Positions 26,207 through 39,270 of a stretch of 64,000 nt of DNA are shown here, one piece after another; positions within the stretch are counted from its first letter, which is position 1; every line of letters begins with the position of its first letter. Origin of the DNA: Eledone cirrhosa (Eukaryota). The stretch is from positions 34,410,001 to 34,474,000 of the forward strand of contig OZ024750.1 in assembly GCA_964016885.1 (NCBI GenBank). Direction: 5' to 3'. The notes below the pieces were generated by a model that did not search any database, was not told the origin of the DNA, and worked only from the letters and a program-made list of their open reading frames with translations. The translations under genes and the position numbers were made by a program.

Positions 26207-27575
26207 TTATTCCCTAGTGTATTCCAATCTAATCCAGGGCCTTCTCACTCCTGCTGGGGGAACCCCTTCCTGGTTGATCTCCACAGATTTCTGTTTAGTT
26301 TTGGTCATGTCTCCAGGGGTGTAGCTTTTCTCACGTTGCTTGGCCAATTGCAGGTTGATGAGGCTATTTAACCAATAGTTGGGGTGGATGGCCGAAGATT
26401 CTGAGAAGTTCATCTGCCCTTTTAACAGCTCTTGTTTTTTGTGCTGCTGGGGGTTTACACTTACCCTCCTCACCAAACTCTGGCCTGGTTAGGTGATAGT
26501 CCTACCAACACCAGTGAGGTTATAGTCCTACCAACACCAGTGAGGTTATAGTCCTACCAACACCTGTGAGGTTATAGTCCTACCAACACCTGTGAGGTTA
26601 TAGTCCTAACAACACCAGTGAGGTTATAGTCCTACCAACACCAGTGAGGTTATAGTCCTACCAACACCTGTGAGGTTATAGTCCTACCAACACCAGTGAG
26701 GTGATAGTCCTACCAACACCAGTGAGGTTATAGTCCTACCAACACCAGTGAGGTGATAGTCCTACCAACACCAGTGAGGTTATAGTCCTACCAACACCAG
26801 TGAGGTGATAGTCCTACCAACACCAGTGAGGTGATAGTCCTACCAACACCAGTGAGGTTATAGTCCTACCAACACCAGTGAGGTTATAGTCCTACTAACA
26901 CCAGTGAGGTTATAGTCCTACCAACACCTGTGAGGTTATAGTCCTACCAACACCAGTGAGGTGATAGTCCTACCAACACCTGTGAGGTGATAGTCCTACC
27001 ATCCTACCAGCTCCAGTGGGGTGATAGTCCTACCATCCTACCAACACTAGTGAGGTGATAGTCCTACCAGCTCCAGTGGGGTGATAGTCCTACCATCCTA
27101 CCAACACTAGTGAGGTTATAGTCCTACCAGCTCCAGTGGGGTGATAGTCCTACCATCCTACCAACACTAGTGAGGTGATAGTCCTACCAGCTCCAGTGGG
27201 GTGATAGTCCTACCATCCTACCAACACTAGTGAGGTGATAGTCCTACCAGCTCCAGTGGGGTGATAGTCCTACCAACACCACTGGAGTTATAGTCCTACC
27301 AACACTAGTGGGGTGATAGTCCTACCAACACCTGTGAGGTGATAGTCCTACCAACACCAGTGAGGTTATAGTCCTACCAGTACCAGTGAGGTTATAGTCC
27401 TACCAACACCACTGGGGTTATAGTCCTACCAACACCAGTGGGGTGATAGTCCTACCATCCTACCAACACCAGTAGGATGATAGTCCTACCAGTACTAGTG
27501 GGGTTATAGTCCTAGCAGAGGATATTTGCTACAGAACTTATGTTGAGTTACAACTCTCCTAGATGGGTTGCCTGT
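26207..27575 (-). mobile_element. Degenerate RTE-derived non-autonomous element containing a minisatellite
   Basis: 26380-26480 aligns by eye with 42285-42380 (GGATGGCC...CCCTTT.ACAG...CCCTCCTCACCAA). A GGCAACCCATCTAGGAGA motif lies on the minus strand near 27560. Confidence 0.5.
26491..27515. repeat. 26-bp minisatellite (GATAGTCCTACCAACACCAGTGAGGT) with 34-bp variants
   Basis: Period 26 (26496, 26522 and onward). Confidence 0.95.
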
Positions 27576-28410
27576 ATTGTATACATATATGTTTCTTTAT
27601 TTTCACAGCTGGGTACTCTTTATAAAGTGTGGACAGACTGCAGTTTATTATGTCACTTGTTTGTAATTTGAAGGAGGACATAGACTGATTTAGGAGTCCC
27701 CCAAAAGAGAGAGAGAATGATACACTTTAATAAAATATATGTGAAGTCCAGCCACAGTAGGTGACATTTTATATTCAACTTGTCCAGTCTGTTGCCATTT
27801 ATTCACTTTATAGCAAGGATTACAATGCTGTGTGTGTATGTCCAAAATATAATTTATGCAACACCACACTATGACATTCTTGATAACTGAGATGTTACTA
27901 TGACAACGATGATGATGATGATGCATCATCACTATTTAAATCTAAAGTTAGTGATAGCGATATTTTAATTATAAGCAATGATATAAACAGAATTGAAAAT
28001 AACTTGACCTCTCACCTTAAATAAGCTAGTGTATATGTAAAGGGTACCAACCAGCACATGAAGTATTAATGAATGCAAGCCTATCTAAACTGCTGATATT
28101 TTAGTATCAAAGGAATCCAGTTCATTAGAGGGAGTGGAAAACTATATGGAATTAATCAAAAACTCTCTTTAATTAGATGCATTTGCTATCTTGGTCTATT
28201 CATTGATGGTAGTTTCCTATTGAGTCTTCATATTAATCTGCTAAGCATTAAATTAGTCAGGACTAAGGCATTCAACTGATGAAACAGTTTTACCATGTGA
28301 ATACTTCTCTACAACATTGTGTTGTGTTTGTATTTAATTTACTGGATAGCTATAGCTACTTTTGTCTATAAATATTTCCAGATATTTTTCTGACAAAACT
28401 CTATTTCTGT

Positions 28411-28724
28411 CGGATTGGCAGTGGCCCTTGCCATTCTGAGTTCAAATCCCGCCAAGGTTAACTTTGCCTTTCATCCTTACGGGGTCGATAAAATAAAGTA
28501 CCAGTAATCTACTGGATAATTGCTGGCCTTGTGCCAAAAGTAGAAACAAGTATTAGTAGAGGGTCGGACACAATGTTTTCTAGCACAGTTATGTCCCTTT
28601 ACGGTCTGAGTTCATATCCCACCGAGGTTAACTTTTCCTTTCATCCTTACGGAGTCGATAAAATAAAGTACCATTAATGCACTGGGGTAATTGCTGGCCT
28701 TGTGCCAAAAGTAGAAACAATTAT
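28411..28724 (+). mobile_element. Two tandem family A SINEs
   Basis: Two B box, core and tail units. Confidence 0.82.
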
Positions 28725-29107
28725 TTGATTTGATTTGATTTGAAAGAGTTCCTGAGAATTTACTGCATTGAAGCTCCTCTCTTCCCCTCTAACTCAATCA
28801 TCTTTCTCTCACTGACTCATGCATGCTGTGTATGTGTGCACATGCATGTCTGCATGTGTGTGGTTGTATGTGCACATGCATCTATGTCTGTGTGTGTATG
28901 TGCACATGCATCTCTGTGTGTGTGTGGTTGTATGTGCACATTCATCTATGTCTGTGTGTATGTGCACATGCGTGAATGTCTGTTCATGTGTGTGTAGGTG
29001 TGTGTATGTGCACATGTGTGTATGTATGTGCACATGTATGTGTACATGCATGTATGTGGGTGTGGCTACAGGGAAGTACTGTTCCAGATGTCTGACAATT
29101 ATTAATA

Positions 29108-29275
29108 CAGGTAAAATTCCATTATAACAAATTTTTCAGTATAACAAATTTTTTTCAATCTCTGAGGTAATAAACAAATGCTCAATATGTTAGATCAATC
29201 TCGTTATAAAGAATTTTTCGTTACAATAAATTTTTTTTTATACCCTGTGAATTTCATTATAACAGAATTTCACTG
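29108..29275. mobile_element. Tc1/pogo-type MITE
   Basis: TA|CAGGTAAAATTCCATTATAAC...ATTATAACAGAATTTCACTG|TA, imperfect TIRs. Confidence 0.6.
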
Positions 29276-29472
29276 TAGTGCATATTTAGAGTTTGTAAAG
29301 GGTTAATATTTTGAGGATAAAATATCTTTTGGCCCTGAAGATAAAATCCAGCCTTTGTGATAAAATCTAAGACAAATAAAGTCACTGAAAAAGATGTCTA
29401 TCTCAAACATTTCAGAGAATCTGGTATACATTCCTGAAAACTTATTGACTAGTAAAATTGAGCCAAAATATA

Positions 29473-29812
29473 CAGGGTGAGGCAAAAGCTGTGCACCGTA
29501 GGGGTTAATTATGTTTTAAATGTCTAATTTATTTTGATATTTTTTAAATTTTGTGGGGCCATTTGAAATCAGTTGTTTATCAGATGACCCCAAGAAATAT
29601 TGAGGAACTTAAAGAAAGAATTAAATATAAATGAAGTGAAATGACAGTGGAAACTGTCCATGTTAATGAATCATGTAGGAAGAGAAGTGAAATATGTCTT
29701 GAAAAAGGAGGACATTTTGAATAGTACTTAGAACAATCAAATAACTGGTAAATTAAATTTTCATGTGTAATGATAAATTATTCCTATGTTGCGTGACTTT
29801 TGCCTCACCCTG
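29473..29812 (+). mobile_element. Tc1/mariner-superfamily deletion derivative
   Basis: TA|CAGGGTGAGGCAAAAG...CTTTTGCCTCACCCTG|TA; internal transposase C-terminus LWGHLKSVVY..TPRNIEELKERI...CLEKGGHFE. Confidence 0.85.
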
Positions 29813-30473
29813 TATAACACAATACCTGCAATAGATTTGAGTACAAAACATTTGAACCAATATTCTTATAACTACTGGACCATAGTGAATATAGTGAATA
29901 TAGCCAAAATATATAACACAATACCTGCAGTAGATTTGAGTACAGAATATTTGAATTCAATATTCTTATGCCATAATTACTGGACCATAAAAATCTGTTA
30001 CAAAATCTTTCCTTGATCATATTTCTAATGAAATAGACAATTTTAACTTTGAAAATAATCAATAATTTTTTTTTAGAAATTTTGGAAAATAATGGATTTG
30101 TATTTCATTATTAAACTGATCTTTTGAATATAACTTGCTATTAAAGTGAAGCTGGCTTCCTGCAAAGGAGAGCTTTATGATGTGGAATTACTGTTCCAGT
30201 ACATCTCCCTCACCATCCTCTGGAGTAATGTCTTCTCTATCCTGTCTGCCAGGACTACAAGCTGGACTGACACTTCATTTACAGTGGTAGCATGTGGAAT
30301 AGCTTTACTTCCATAAACATGGCATCACCAGGGTCTTCTCCATTCTGGAGTCCATAAACATGACATCTCCCTCGCCACCCTCCAGGGTCTTCTCCATCCA
30401 GTAGGCTGGGGCCAGGAGATAGATTGACCCTTACAGTGGTGACATGTGGAATATAGATTTATTTCCATAAGCA

Positions 30474-30617
30474 GGAAGGGCATCCAACTGTAGAAAACCT
30501 GCCAGACAGTCCTATGCGAGCAAGACAATCACTCTTGCCTCAAGTGGGAAAACCCCCGTCCAAACCCATGCAAGCGTGGAACACGGACGTTAAACGTTGA
30601 TGATGATGATGATGATG
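30474..30617 (+). mobile_element. Short 5'-truncated copy of the RTE LINE 3' UTR
   Basis: Nearly identical to 49095-49243, with (TGA)n tail; AAGCA on both sides. Confidence 0.88.
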
Positions 30618-30685
30618 AAGCACGACTAGGCTGAGATTACAATGAATGTATTGGATGACTTAACAAATGAACCTTACATAAAATA

Positions 30686-31060
30686 TAATTGTTTCTACTT
30701 TTGGCACAAGGCCAGCAATTACCCAGTGTATTACTGGTACTTTATTTTATCGACCCCCGTAAGGATGAAAGGCAAAGTTAACCTCGGCAGGATTTGAACT
30801 TAGACTGCAAAGGGATGTAACTATGTTGGAAAGCATGGCGTCCGACCTTTACCGATACTGCCAATCCACCGCCTATAAAATATTTCTACTTTTTGGCACA
30901 AGGCCAGCAATTATCCCAGTACATTATTGGTACTTTATTTTATCGACCCCATAAGGATGAAAGGCAAAGTTAACCTCGGCAGGAATTGAACTCAGATTGT
31001 AAAGGGACGTAACTATGCTGGAAAGCATAATCCAACCCCCCACCGATACTGCCAATTCAC
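30686..31060 (-). mobile_element. Two tandem family A SINEs
   Basis: Two full reverse-complement units; ATAAAATAT flanks the first. Confidence 0.85.
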
Positions 31061-31779
31061 AATGATGGAAGTTTATAGTCAAAACACAAACATTTTCAAG
31101 CCAGCTGTTTTGTATTGTAGAACCAGAGTTGGTTGCAGGTAAATTGAATTGAATGGAAATAAAGTCACAGGAAAAGTTGCAGTTTGGTTAAAGAAAATAG
31201 TGACTTGCAAAAATGTCACATTTTTTATTTAGATAGTATAAATAATAGCCATGATAATTAAATAAATAATATTTTAAATCACCTAATGACTGTTAAAACA
31301 TGAGTTGTATACAATAACTTCATCAACATCATTGTCATCAACATTATCATAATCATTATCATAATCATCATCAACATCATTAATCAACATCATCATCATC
31401 ATGAAAATCATCAACATCATCACCATTTAACGCCCAATTTCCCAGCTAGCAAGGGTTGGAGGGTGTCATTACAAACCCAGTCAGTACGGTAGTGGGGCTA
31501 CTGACATCCCAGACAGCCCAGGAGTTCTCATCTTGCTTACACTTCCACACCTCTATGTTCTACTAAGTTCATTTTATTGTCACATTACATGTGTGCAAAA
31601 AAAAAAAAAAAAAAATCATATATGATTTCCTTCGAATGAAACAGTTCTAGTCCTGTAGAAGCCATTTCTATATAAAATATTGTATATACTCTACTGATGT
31701 ACTGAGTACCTTACTTACTGTGGTTACCCCTGATTGAGTCCAGGACTCACATACATAAATATATATATATATATATAAA

Positions 31780-31820
31780 CCGAGCTGATGATCCATTGAG
31801 GTGAAACAAATTGTTCTCGG
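31780..31820 (+). ncRNA. Minimal type I hammerhead ribozyme motif (Penelope-like)
   Basis: CCGAG-CTGATGA-tccattgaggt-GAA-ACAAATTGT-T-CTCGG: stem I 5 bp, weak stem II, near-palindromic stem III, GUU triplet. Confidence 0.7.
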
Positions 31821-31849
31821 AAATGGTGTACTAACTGTTGTGGAACTAC

Positions 31850-31885
<36 letters not shown>

Positions 31886-32374
31886 TGAGTCGTAGCTGAC
31901 CGCCAGGCTAAAGTCTCCCAGGTTGGCCACAACTTACTCTCCCTATTTTTCCACGGTCACTTTTTTGCATGTTTCTTTTACCTGTGTCTTCTCATGATGG
32001 GACCTGTACACTTTTTTTTCTTCTATTCCTTTCTTATTTTTTCCCCTTCTTCCTCCCTCCTCATCTTTTTCCCTCCTGTTCTTCCTCCTTTCCCTCTCTT
32101 TCCTTTTCTCTCTCCTTTTTTTCTTCTCTTTCTCTCTCCTTTTCCACCCGGCCTTTTGATTAATAAAAGACCTCGGGCGCACCCGAACTACACCGATGTC
32201 CTATAATTCAGCGGCTAAACATCGGTTCGTGAAATATTTACAGCTGACGATGGAAATTCCTTTCTTCCTTTCTCCTCCTGTTCCGTCCTAACCACCATCC
32301 TAAAACTTGTTTTTAGTAACCACACAGCTCCTTTCGTTTCATAACTTTTTGTATATATATATATATATATATAT

Positions 32375-32565
32375 GTAGGCAACACGGTAAAAACCTCCCA
32401 GCCCCACACTGTTGGTGTTAGGAAGGGCATCCAGCTGTAGAAAACCCGCCAGACAGTCCTATGCGAGCAAGACAACCACTCTTGCCTCAAGTGGGAAAAC
32501 CCCCGTCCAAACCCATGCAAGCGTGGAACAGGAACGTTAAACAATGATGATGATGATGATGATGA
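32375..32565 (+). mobile_element. 5'-truncated RTE 3' UTR copy inside (TA)n
   Basis: Matches 45445-45650, with (TGA)n tail. Confidence 0.88.
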
Positions 32566-33154
32566 TATATATATAGATAGACACACACACACACAGATAT
32601 GCAAGCTTGTGTGTGTGTGTAATAGCGCTGTAACATTTTCCTTAGAATTTGGTAATTAATAGTCTTAAAATGTGTCTCATTGTATGACTAAGTCATTTTT
32701 AATTCAATAAGTTGCAAAAAAAAAAAGTTTACTCAGAATTGAAAAGGATACGGAAATACAGCACCGGCAAAATGATAAATTGAATATTTGATATTAATTC
32801 TGAGTAGTTTACATAAGGAATTGCAATGTAGGTCAGCTACATGACAAATAAGCATTTCACCAGTAAAAAGATGCCAAAATAGAGATAAGTGGAGACATAT
32901 TGCAGTTCATACAATATCTGTATTCATTAATTTGAAATGGCCTTCACACTACAGATAAAAGATATTTATATTATTTTGTAGGAAAAATGATCAGTTATAG
33001 ATGTAGATTTCTTTTTTTTTCTTTTTGTAAATTGTAAATTAAATTTAGTTTCAAATTACATTAGTGAAATTAATTTAAAACAATGAACATCTAATTCTTA
33101 CACACACACACATATGTATGTGTGTGTATATAAGTGTATGTGGTGGTGATGATA

Positions 33155-33199
<45 letters not shown>

Positions 33200-33677
33200 T
33201 CATCATCATCACTATATAAGTGTCTTAATTTCCATGCTTGCATGGGTCACACACACACATATCTATATATATAACTTATCGTTTTATTTATTACTCTGAA
33301 ATATTGGTAATTAATATGAATACAGGCTTGAAACAGCTGGTCTGTGTTTAAATATATTCTTGAATACAGTAAAATAAACAGTTTTTCTTTGTTTAATATC
33401 CACTAGAATCTGACCTAAATGAGATATTCACAATCTCTGACAATACTATACCTATCATATTACACAGAAAAGATAATGAAAATACATTAAGTGTTCAAAC
33501 AAATTAGGATATGGACCAGTTTTTAACTCCCTAACATTAATGCATTAAAAGAAGCTAACAATTTATTTAGCTACAGATAGTATTTATTCCCTTTTCATAT
33601 ATATATGTATATATATGTTTATATATGTATATATGCATATATATATATATGCATATATATATATATATATATATATA

Positions 33678-33727
<50 letters not shown>

Positions 33728-33807
33728 TATATATATATATATGCATATATATATATATATATATATGCATATATATATATATGCATATATATATATATAT
33801 ATATATA

Positions 33808-33841
<34 letters not shown>

Positions 33842-33859
33842 TATATATATATATATATA

Positions 33860-33903
<44 letters not shown>

Positions 33904-33927
33904 TATATATATATATATATATATATA

Positions 33928-33961
<34 letters not shown>

Positions 33962-34037
33962 TATATATATATATATGCATATATATATACATATATATAT
34001 ATATATATGCATATGCATATATATATATATATATGCA

Positions 34038-34079
<42 letters not shown>

Positions 34080-34094
34080 TATATATATATATGC

Positions 34095-34135
<41 letters not shown>

Positions 34136-34180
34136 TATATATATATATATATATGCATATATATATATATATATATATAT

Positions 34181-34423
34181 GTGCAGAGGAGACTGAGGTT
34201 AGCTGGACATGCTCACCGACATCCAGAGTTGACATTGCACTCAGTGCTCCTTTGGGAGCCCCTACATGGACACACTAGAAGAGGAAGACCAAGGTTAACG
34301 TATGTTGATGCCCTAAGGACAGACACTGGTCTGTTGGAGACGCAGGACATGGCAGCGATAATGAGGGACAGAGACCGCTGGAGAGAACTCGTCCATCGAT
34401 CTTGGGAATTTTACCCGCCTTAG
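34181..34423 (+). mobile_element. 3' end of an RTE-group LINE ORF embedded in (TA)n
   Basis: [14 protein letters not shown]...[27 protein letters not shown]...DRDRWR, a typical RTE-group C-terminus. Confidence 0.8.
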
Positions 34424-34461
34424 ATATATATATATATGCATATATATATATATATATATGC

Positions 34462-34632
<171 letters not shown>

Positions 34633-35013
34633 TATATACATATATATATATATATATATATGCATATATACATATATATATATATATGCATATATACGTA
34701 TATATATATATATGCATATATACATATATATATATATATATGCATATATACATATATATATATATATATATGCATATATACATATATATATATATGCATA
34801 TATACATATATATATATATATATGCATATATACATATATATATATATGCATATATACATATATATATATATATGTAGATAAATCTACCAAGAGTTTACGG
34901 TAGTGTCCAATCCGTATGAAGAACTCAATGTAATCCGGATATCATGGAAAGAAGAGATGCATTCAAAAATCACTTTCGGTGAAAGATAAACGGAATACAG
35001 AGTCAAGATAAAG

Positions 35014-35421
35014 TTAAAAAAATAATGAATAAAACAATGAAACAGTTCCTTATATTAAACAAAAAAAGTTCATTATTTAACGATCGTTTCTAGGACATAT
35101 ATGTGTTAGAATTGGCATGCATATTCAACAGATCTATGTACAAAATTATACAAAATTATACAAACTATCAAATTTAATATACATACCAACACATACATAT
35201 GCCGTCTTCAGAAATAATTATTTCTGAAGACGGTATATGTATGTGTTGGTATGTATATTAAATTTGATAGTTTGTATAATTTTGTATAATTTTGTACATA
35301 GATCTGTTGAATATGCATGCCAATTCTAACACATATATGTCCTAGAAACGATCGTTAAATAATGAACTTTTTTTGTTTAATATAAGGAACTGTTTCATTG
35401 TTTTATTCATTATTTTTTTAA
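35014..35421. repeat. 408-bp spacerless palindrome (204-bp arms), probable inverted Penelope pLTR
   Basis: Centre between 35217 and 35218 (CAGAAATAA|TTATTTCTG); one mismatch seen (35201/35234). Confidence 0.92.
35217..35363 (+). ncRNA. Type I hammerhead-like motif with long stem II region (mirrored on the minus strand by the palindrome)
   Basis: ATTATTT-CTGAAGA-(about 114 nt)-GAA-ACGATCGT-T-AAATAAT: 7-bp stem I and palindromic stem III. Confidence 0.6.
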
Positions 35422-35626
35422 TACTTTATATATATATATATGCATATATACATATATATATATGCATATATACATATATATATGCATATATGCATATATA
35501 CATATATATATGCATATATGCATATATACATATATATATGCATATATGCATATATACATATATATATGCATATATACATATATATATATATAAGTATATA
35601 TGCATATATACATATATATATATATA

Positions 35627-35680
<54 letters not shown>

Positions 35681-35717
35681 TATATACATATATACATATA
35701 TATATATATATGCATAT

Positions 35718-35754
<37 letters not shown>

Positions 35755-36270
35755 TGCATATACATATATACATATATATATATGCATATATACACATATA
35801 TATATATATATATATATATATGCATATATACATATATATATATATATATGCATATATACATATATATATATATGCATCTATATATATATGCATATATATA
35901 TGCATCTATATATGCATCTATATATATGCATCTATATATATATGCACCTGTATATATGCATATATATATGCACATATATATGCACATGTATATATGCATA
36001 TATATGCATATATATATGCACATATATATATGCACATACATATATGCATATATGTAAATATATGCATATATATATATGTATATATGCATATATATATATA
36101 TGTATATATGTATGTATGCATATATATACATATATATATATGCATATATATATGCATATATATATATATATATGCATATATATATATATATATGCATATA
36201 TATATATATATATATGCATATATATATATATGCATATATATTTATATATATGTATATATATATATATGTA

Positions 36271-36590
36271 TTTATAGTGAGTAAAGGCACTGCACAAAGC
36301 CAGTTCCACTCTCTGAACCTAGATGATATTTACCAAAAAGAACAAGAAGTCAACATCATTGGCTACCATCAGGGCATTGCTGTATATCTGGAGATCTCTC
36401 TGCACTTGTCGTCACATGGTACCCTGGGCCCAGCACTATGTGTCAATAATTGTCACAAGTGTAGTGTTTGTACCAGAGTTTTCAAGTCGCTGGCTGGACT
36501 AAAAAGCCACACTCGTTCAGCGCATCGGTAGGGGTTCTCCTACATGGATATAAGGTAGTGGCCGTACTCGAAAACGAGTTGTCAGCCACC
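36271..36590 (+). mobile_element. 5'-truncated, 5'-inverted copy of the RTE-derived element at 41875-42476
   Basis: 36373-36590 is sense and encodes CSVC-x12-H-x4-H then a stop; 36271-36372 is the adjacent upstream segment in antisense. Confidence 0.85.
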
Positions 36591-36964
36591 ATATATATGT
36601 ATACATGTATATATGCATATATATGTATATATGAATGTATGCATATATATGTATGTATGCATATATATGTATATATGTATGCATATATATATATGTATGT
36701 ATGCATATATATGTATATATGTATGTATGCATATCTATTTATGCATATATATATATGTATATATGCATATATATATATGCATATATATATATGCATATAT
36801 ATATATATATGCATATATATATATATATGCATATATATATATATCCATATATATATATATGTATATATGCATATATATATGCATATATACATGTATATAT
36901 GCTTAGATATTAAATTAAATATAAGATTGGAGTCAGACCTCACATTTTGGATAACTAGTTTATA

Positions 36965-37593
36965 CTAGCAGTGGTACCCGGCGTTGCATGGGATAAGGTA
37001 TTTTGGAACGCGGGCTGCCAACAGACCTAATCGTGGAAAAACTGCATGCCTGGACAATATGTAAAGAAAATATACTGAATACTCTGATGGCTGGATAATC
37101 TTGAAGATTTTCCTCGATGAAGCAGGAAAAATGCAGGTCTTCATCTAATGCGGGCCCTAGGGGATCAAGAAAATGGATTTTTTTTATGTGCACAACATGC
37201 TTTGAAATTTAGGGAAAATCGGCCAGAAGTAACACCTCAAAAAAGCCCTAAAAAGCTGAAAAGATGTCTTTCATCTAATGCGGGCCCTAGGCCATAAAAA
37301 AAGGTGGATTTGCTCATGGTATGAAGAAGAGACTGACTAATACATAGTTACAATTTCAAGGAAATCGGTCTGACGTAACACCTCAAAAACCTTAAAAAGC
37401 TGAAAAAAAAACGCAGTTTTTCACCTAATGCGGACCCTAGGGGATCAATAAGTGATACACATGTAAAGTTTGAAAAAAAATCATTTGGGTACTTGTCGAG
37501 TTTTAGGGATTCAAACTCACACACACACACACACTCACACTCATTCTCTCTTTCTCTTTCTCTCACAGACAGACATCCTCAGTTATATATAGA
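36965..37593 (-). mobile_element. Non-autonomous Helitron
   Basis: Minus strand reads A|TCTATATATA...CCCATGCAACGCCGGG (hairpin) TACCACTG-CTAG|T: 5' TC, 3' CTAG, A/T target, no TSD. The internal CTAATGCGG.CCCTAG motif occurs three times. Confidence 0.8.
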
Positions 37594-37754
37594 TAATCAA
37601 CCTCCTTATATTATTCTATTGACCTTGTGAAGATGAAAGACACTGATATGGCCAGAATTTGAACTCAGAATCTAAACCGAAAGAAATACTGCAACCGTTT
37701 TCAGTGTGGACTGTATAGATACTAACTACTTAATCGTTAATTAAACATAATTAA

Positions 37755-37944
37755 CCCTTTAGCATTTAAACCAGCCGTATCCGGCCAGAATTCTATCACC
37801 TCTTTCTGTTCAAACCGGCTCATACTGATGTTACGTATTGTTCTCAAAATAAATATTAAAATCTCATAAATTCAGTATTATGTGAGGTAAAGCCTTTACC
37901 ATGAAAATGTAATAGTAAATATAGAGTAATTACAGGGTAAAGAG
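37755..37944 (+). mobile_element. piggyBac-like MITE, family A
   Basis: TTAA-flanked; homologous to 14023-14241. Confidence 0.82.
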
Positions 37945-38139
37945 TTAAGGTAATAATTAATATTTTAGATAAAGAAATCAAAGCTTTCTAAATCTTTTAG
38001 GTTTCATCTCAAATTTTAATAGTTGAGCTCATGGGACTTGTTTGTTTTTTTTTTTCTTTTCCCTTTTTTAACCATTGTAACAAAATTATGGAGAGCAGTG
38101 CCCCAGCATGGCCACTGTCTGTGGACTTGAACAGCTATA

Positions 38140-38545
38140 ATAATAATTGTTTCTACTTTTGGCACAAGGCCAGCAATTACCCAGTACATTACTGGTACTT
38201 TATTTTATCGACTCCGTAAGGATGAAAGGCAAAGTTAACCTCGGCAGGATTTGAACTCAGAATGGCAAGGGCCGTAACTCTATGCGTCAAAGCATGGCGT
38301 CCAACCCTCTACCGATACTGCCAATCCACAATGGTTTCTTATATAGGCACAAGGCACAGTTTTTTGGGGAAGGGGATAGTCGATTAAATCGGCCCCAGTG
38401 CGTGACTGGTACTTTATTTTATCAACCCCGTAAGGATGAAAGGCAAAGCTAACTTCATCAGGATTTGAAATCAAAACGCAAAGGGCCATAACTCTATGCT
38501 GCATGGTGTTTGACGCTCTACTGATATTGCCAATCCACTGCCCTC
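38140..38545 (-). mobile_element. Two tandem family A SINEs
   Basis: Two reverse-complement head, core and tail units. Confidence 0.85.
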
Positions 38546-38759
38546 ATAATAATTATTATTATTATTGTTTTTAAATAATAAAAAATAGAGTGGGAAGTGC
38601 TGCATGGTTGAAGTCCCACTAGAAATTATAGGGAATTGATTTCAACATTAATTACATGAGTATTGTTTATGAATACAGAAGTCTGTGAACTCCAGTCATG
38701 TGTGTACACAGAAAACACTGAGAATATGTGGAGGTGGTTGGGTTCGATTAACCATTCAG

Positions 38760-39270
38760 TAAAATAAGCACATGTTTAGGGCACCAAGGGAAAGTGTCAC
38801 CATTTTATTGAAACTAAGCATGTTTAGGGTATCGAGGGAAAAGGATCACCATTTTATTGAAACTAAGCATGTTTAGGGTATCAAGGGAAAAGGGTCACCA
38901 TTTTATTGAATATAAGCTCATGTTTAGGGTATTGAGGGAAAAGGGTCACCATTTTATTGAAAATAAGCTCATGTTTAGGGTATTGAGGGAAAAGGGTCAC
39001 CATTTTATTGAAAATAAGCTCATGTTTAGGGTATTGAGGGAAAAGGGTCACCATTTTATTGAAAATAAGCTCATGTTTAGGGTATTGAGGGAAAAGGGTC
39101 ACCATTTTATTGACAATAAGCTCATGTTTAGGGTATTGAGGGAAAAGGGTCACCATTTTATTGAAAATAAGCTCATGTTTAGGGTATTGAGGGAAAAGGC
39201 TCACCATTTTATTGAAAATAAGCACATGTTTAGAGTATCGAGGAAAAATGGTCACCATTTTATTCAAATC
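38760..39270. repeat. 51-bp minisatellite, about 10 copies
   Basis: Unit GCTCATGTTTAGGGTATTGAGGGAAAAGGGTCACCATTTTATTGAAAATAA; gives the 17-aa repeat ORFs. Confidence 0.95.

Noticed and set aside
32240-32270. CTGACGA-TGGAAATTCC as a hammerhead
   Set aside because: No downstream GAAA box or stem III; at most a truncated remnant.
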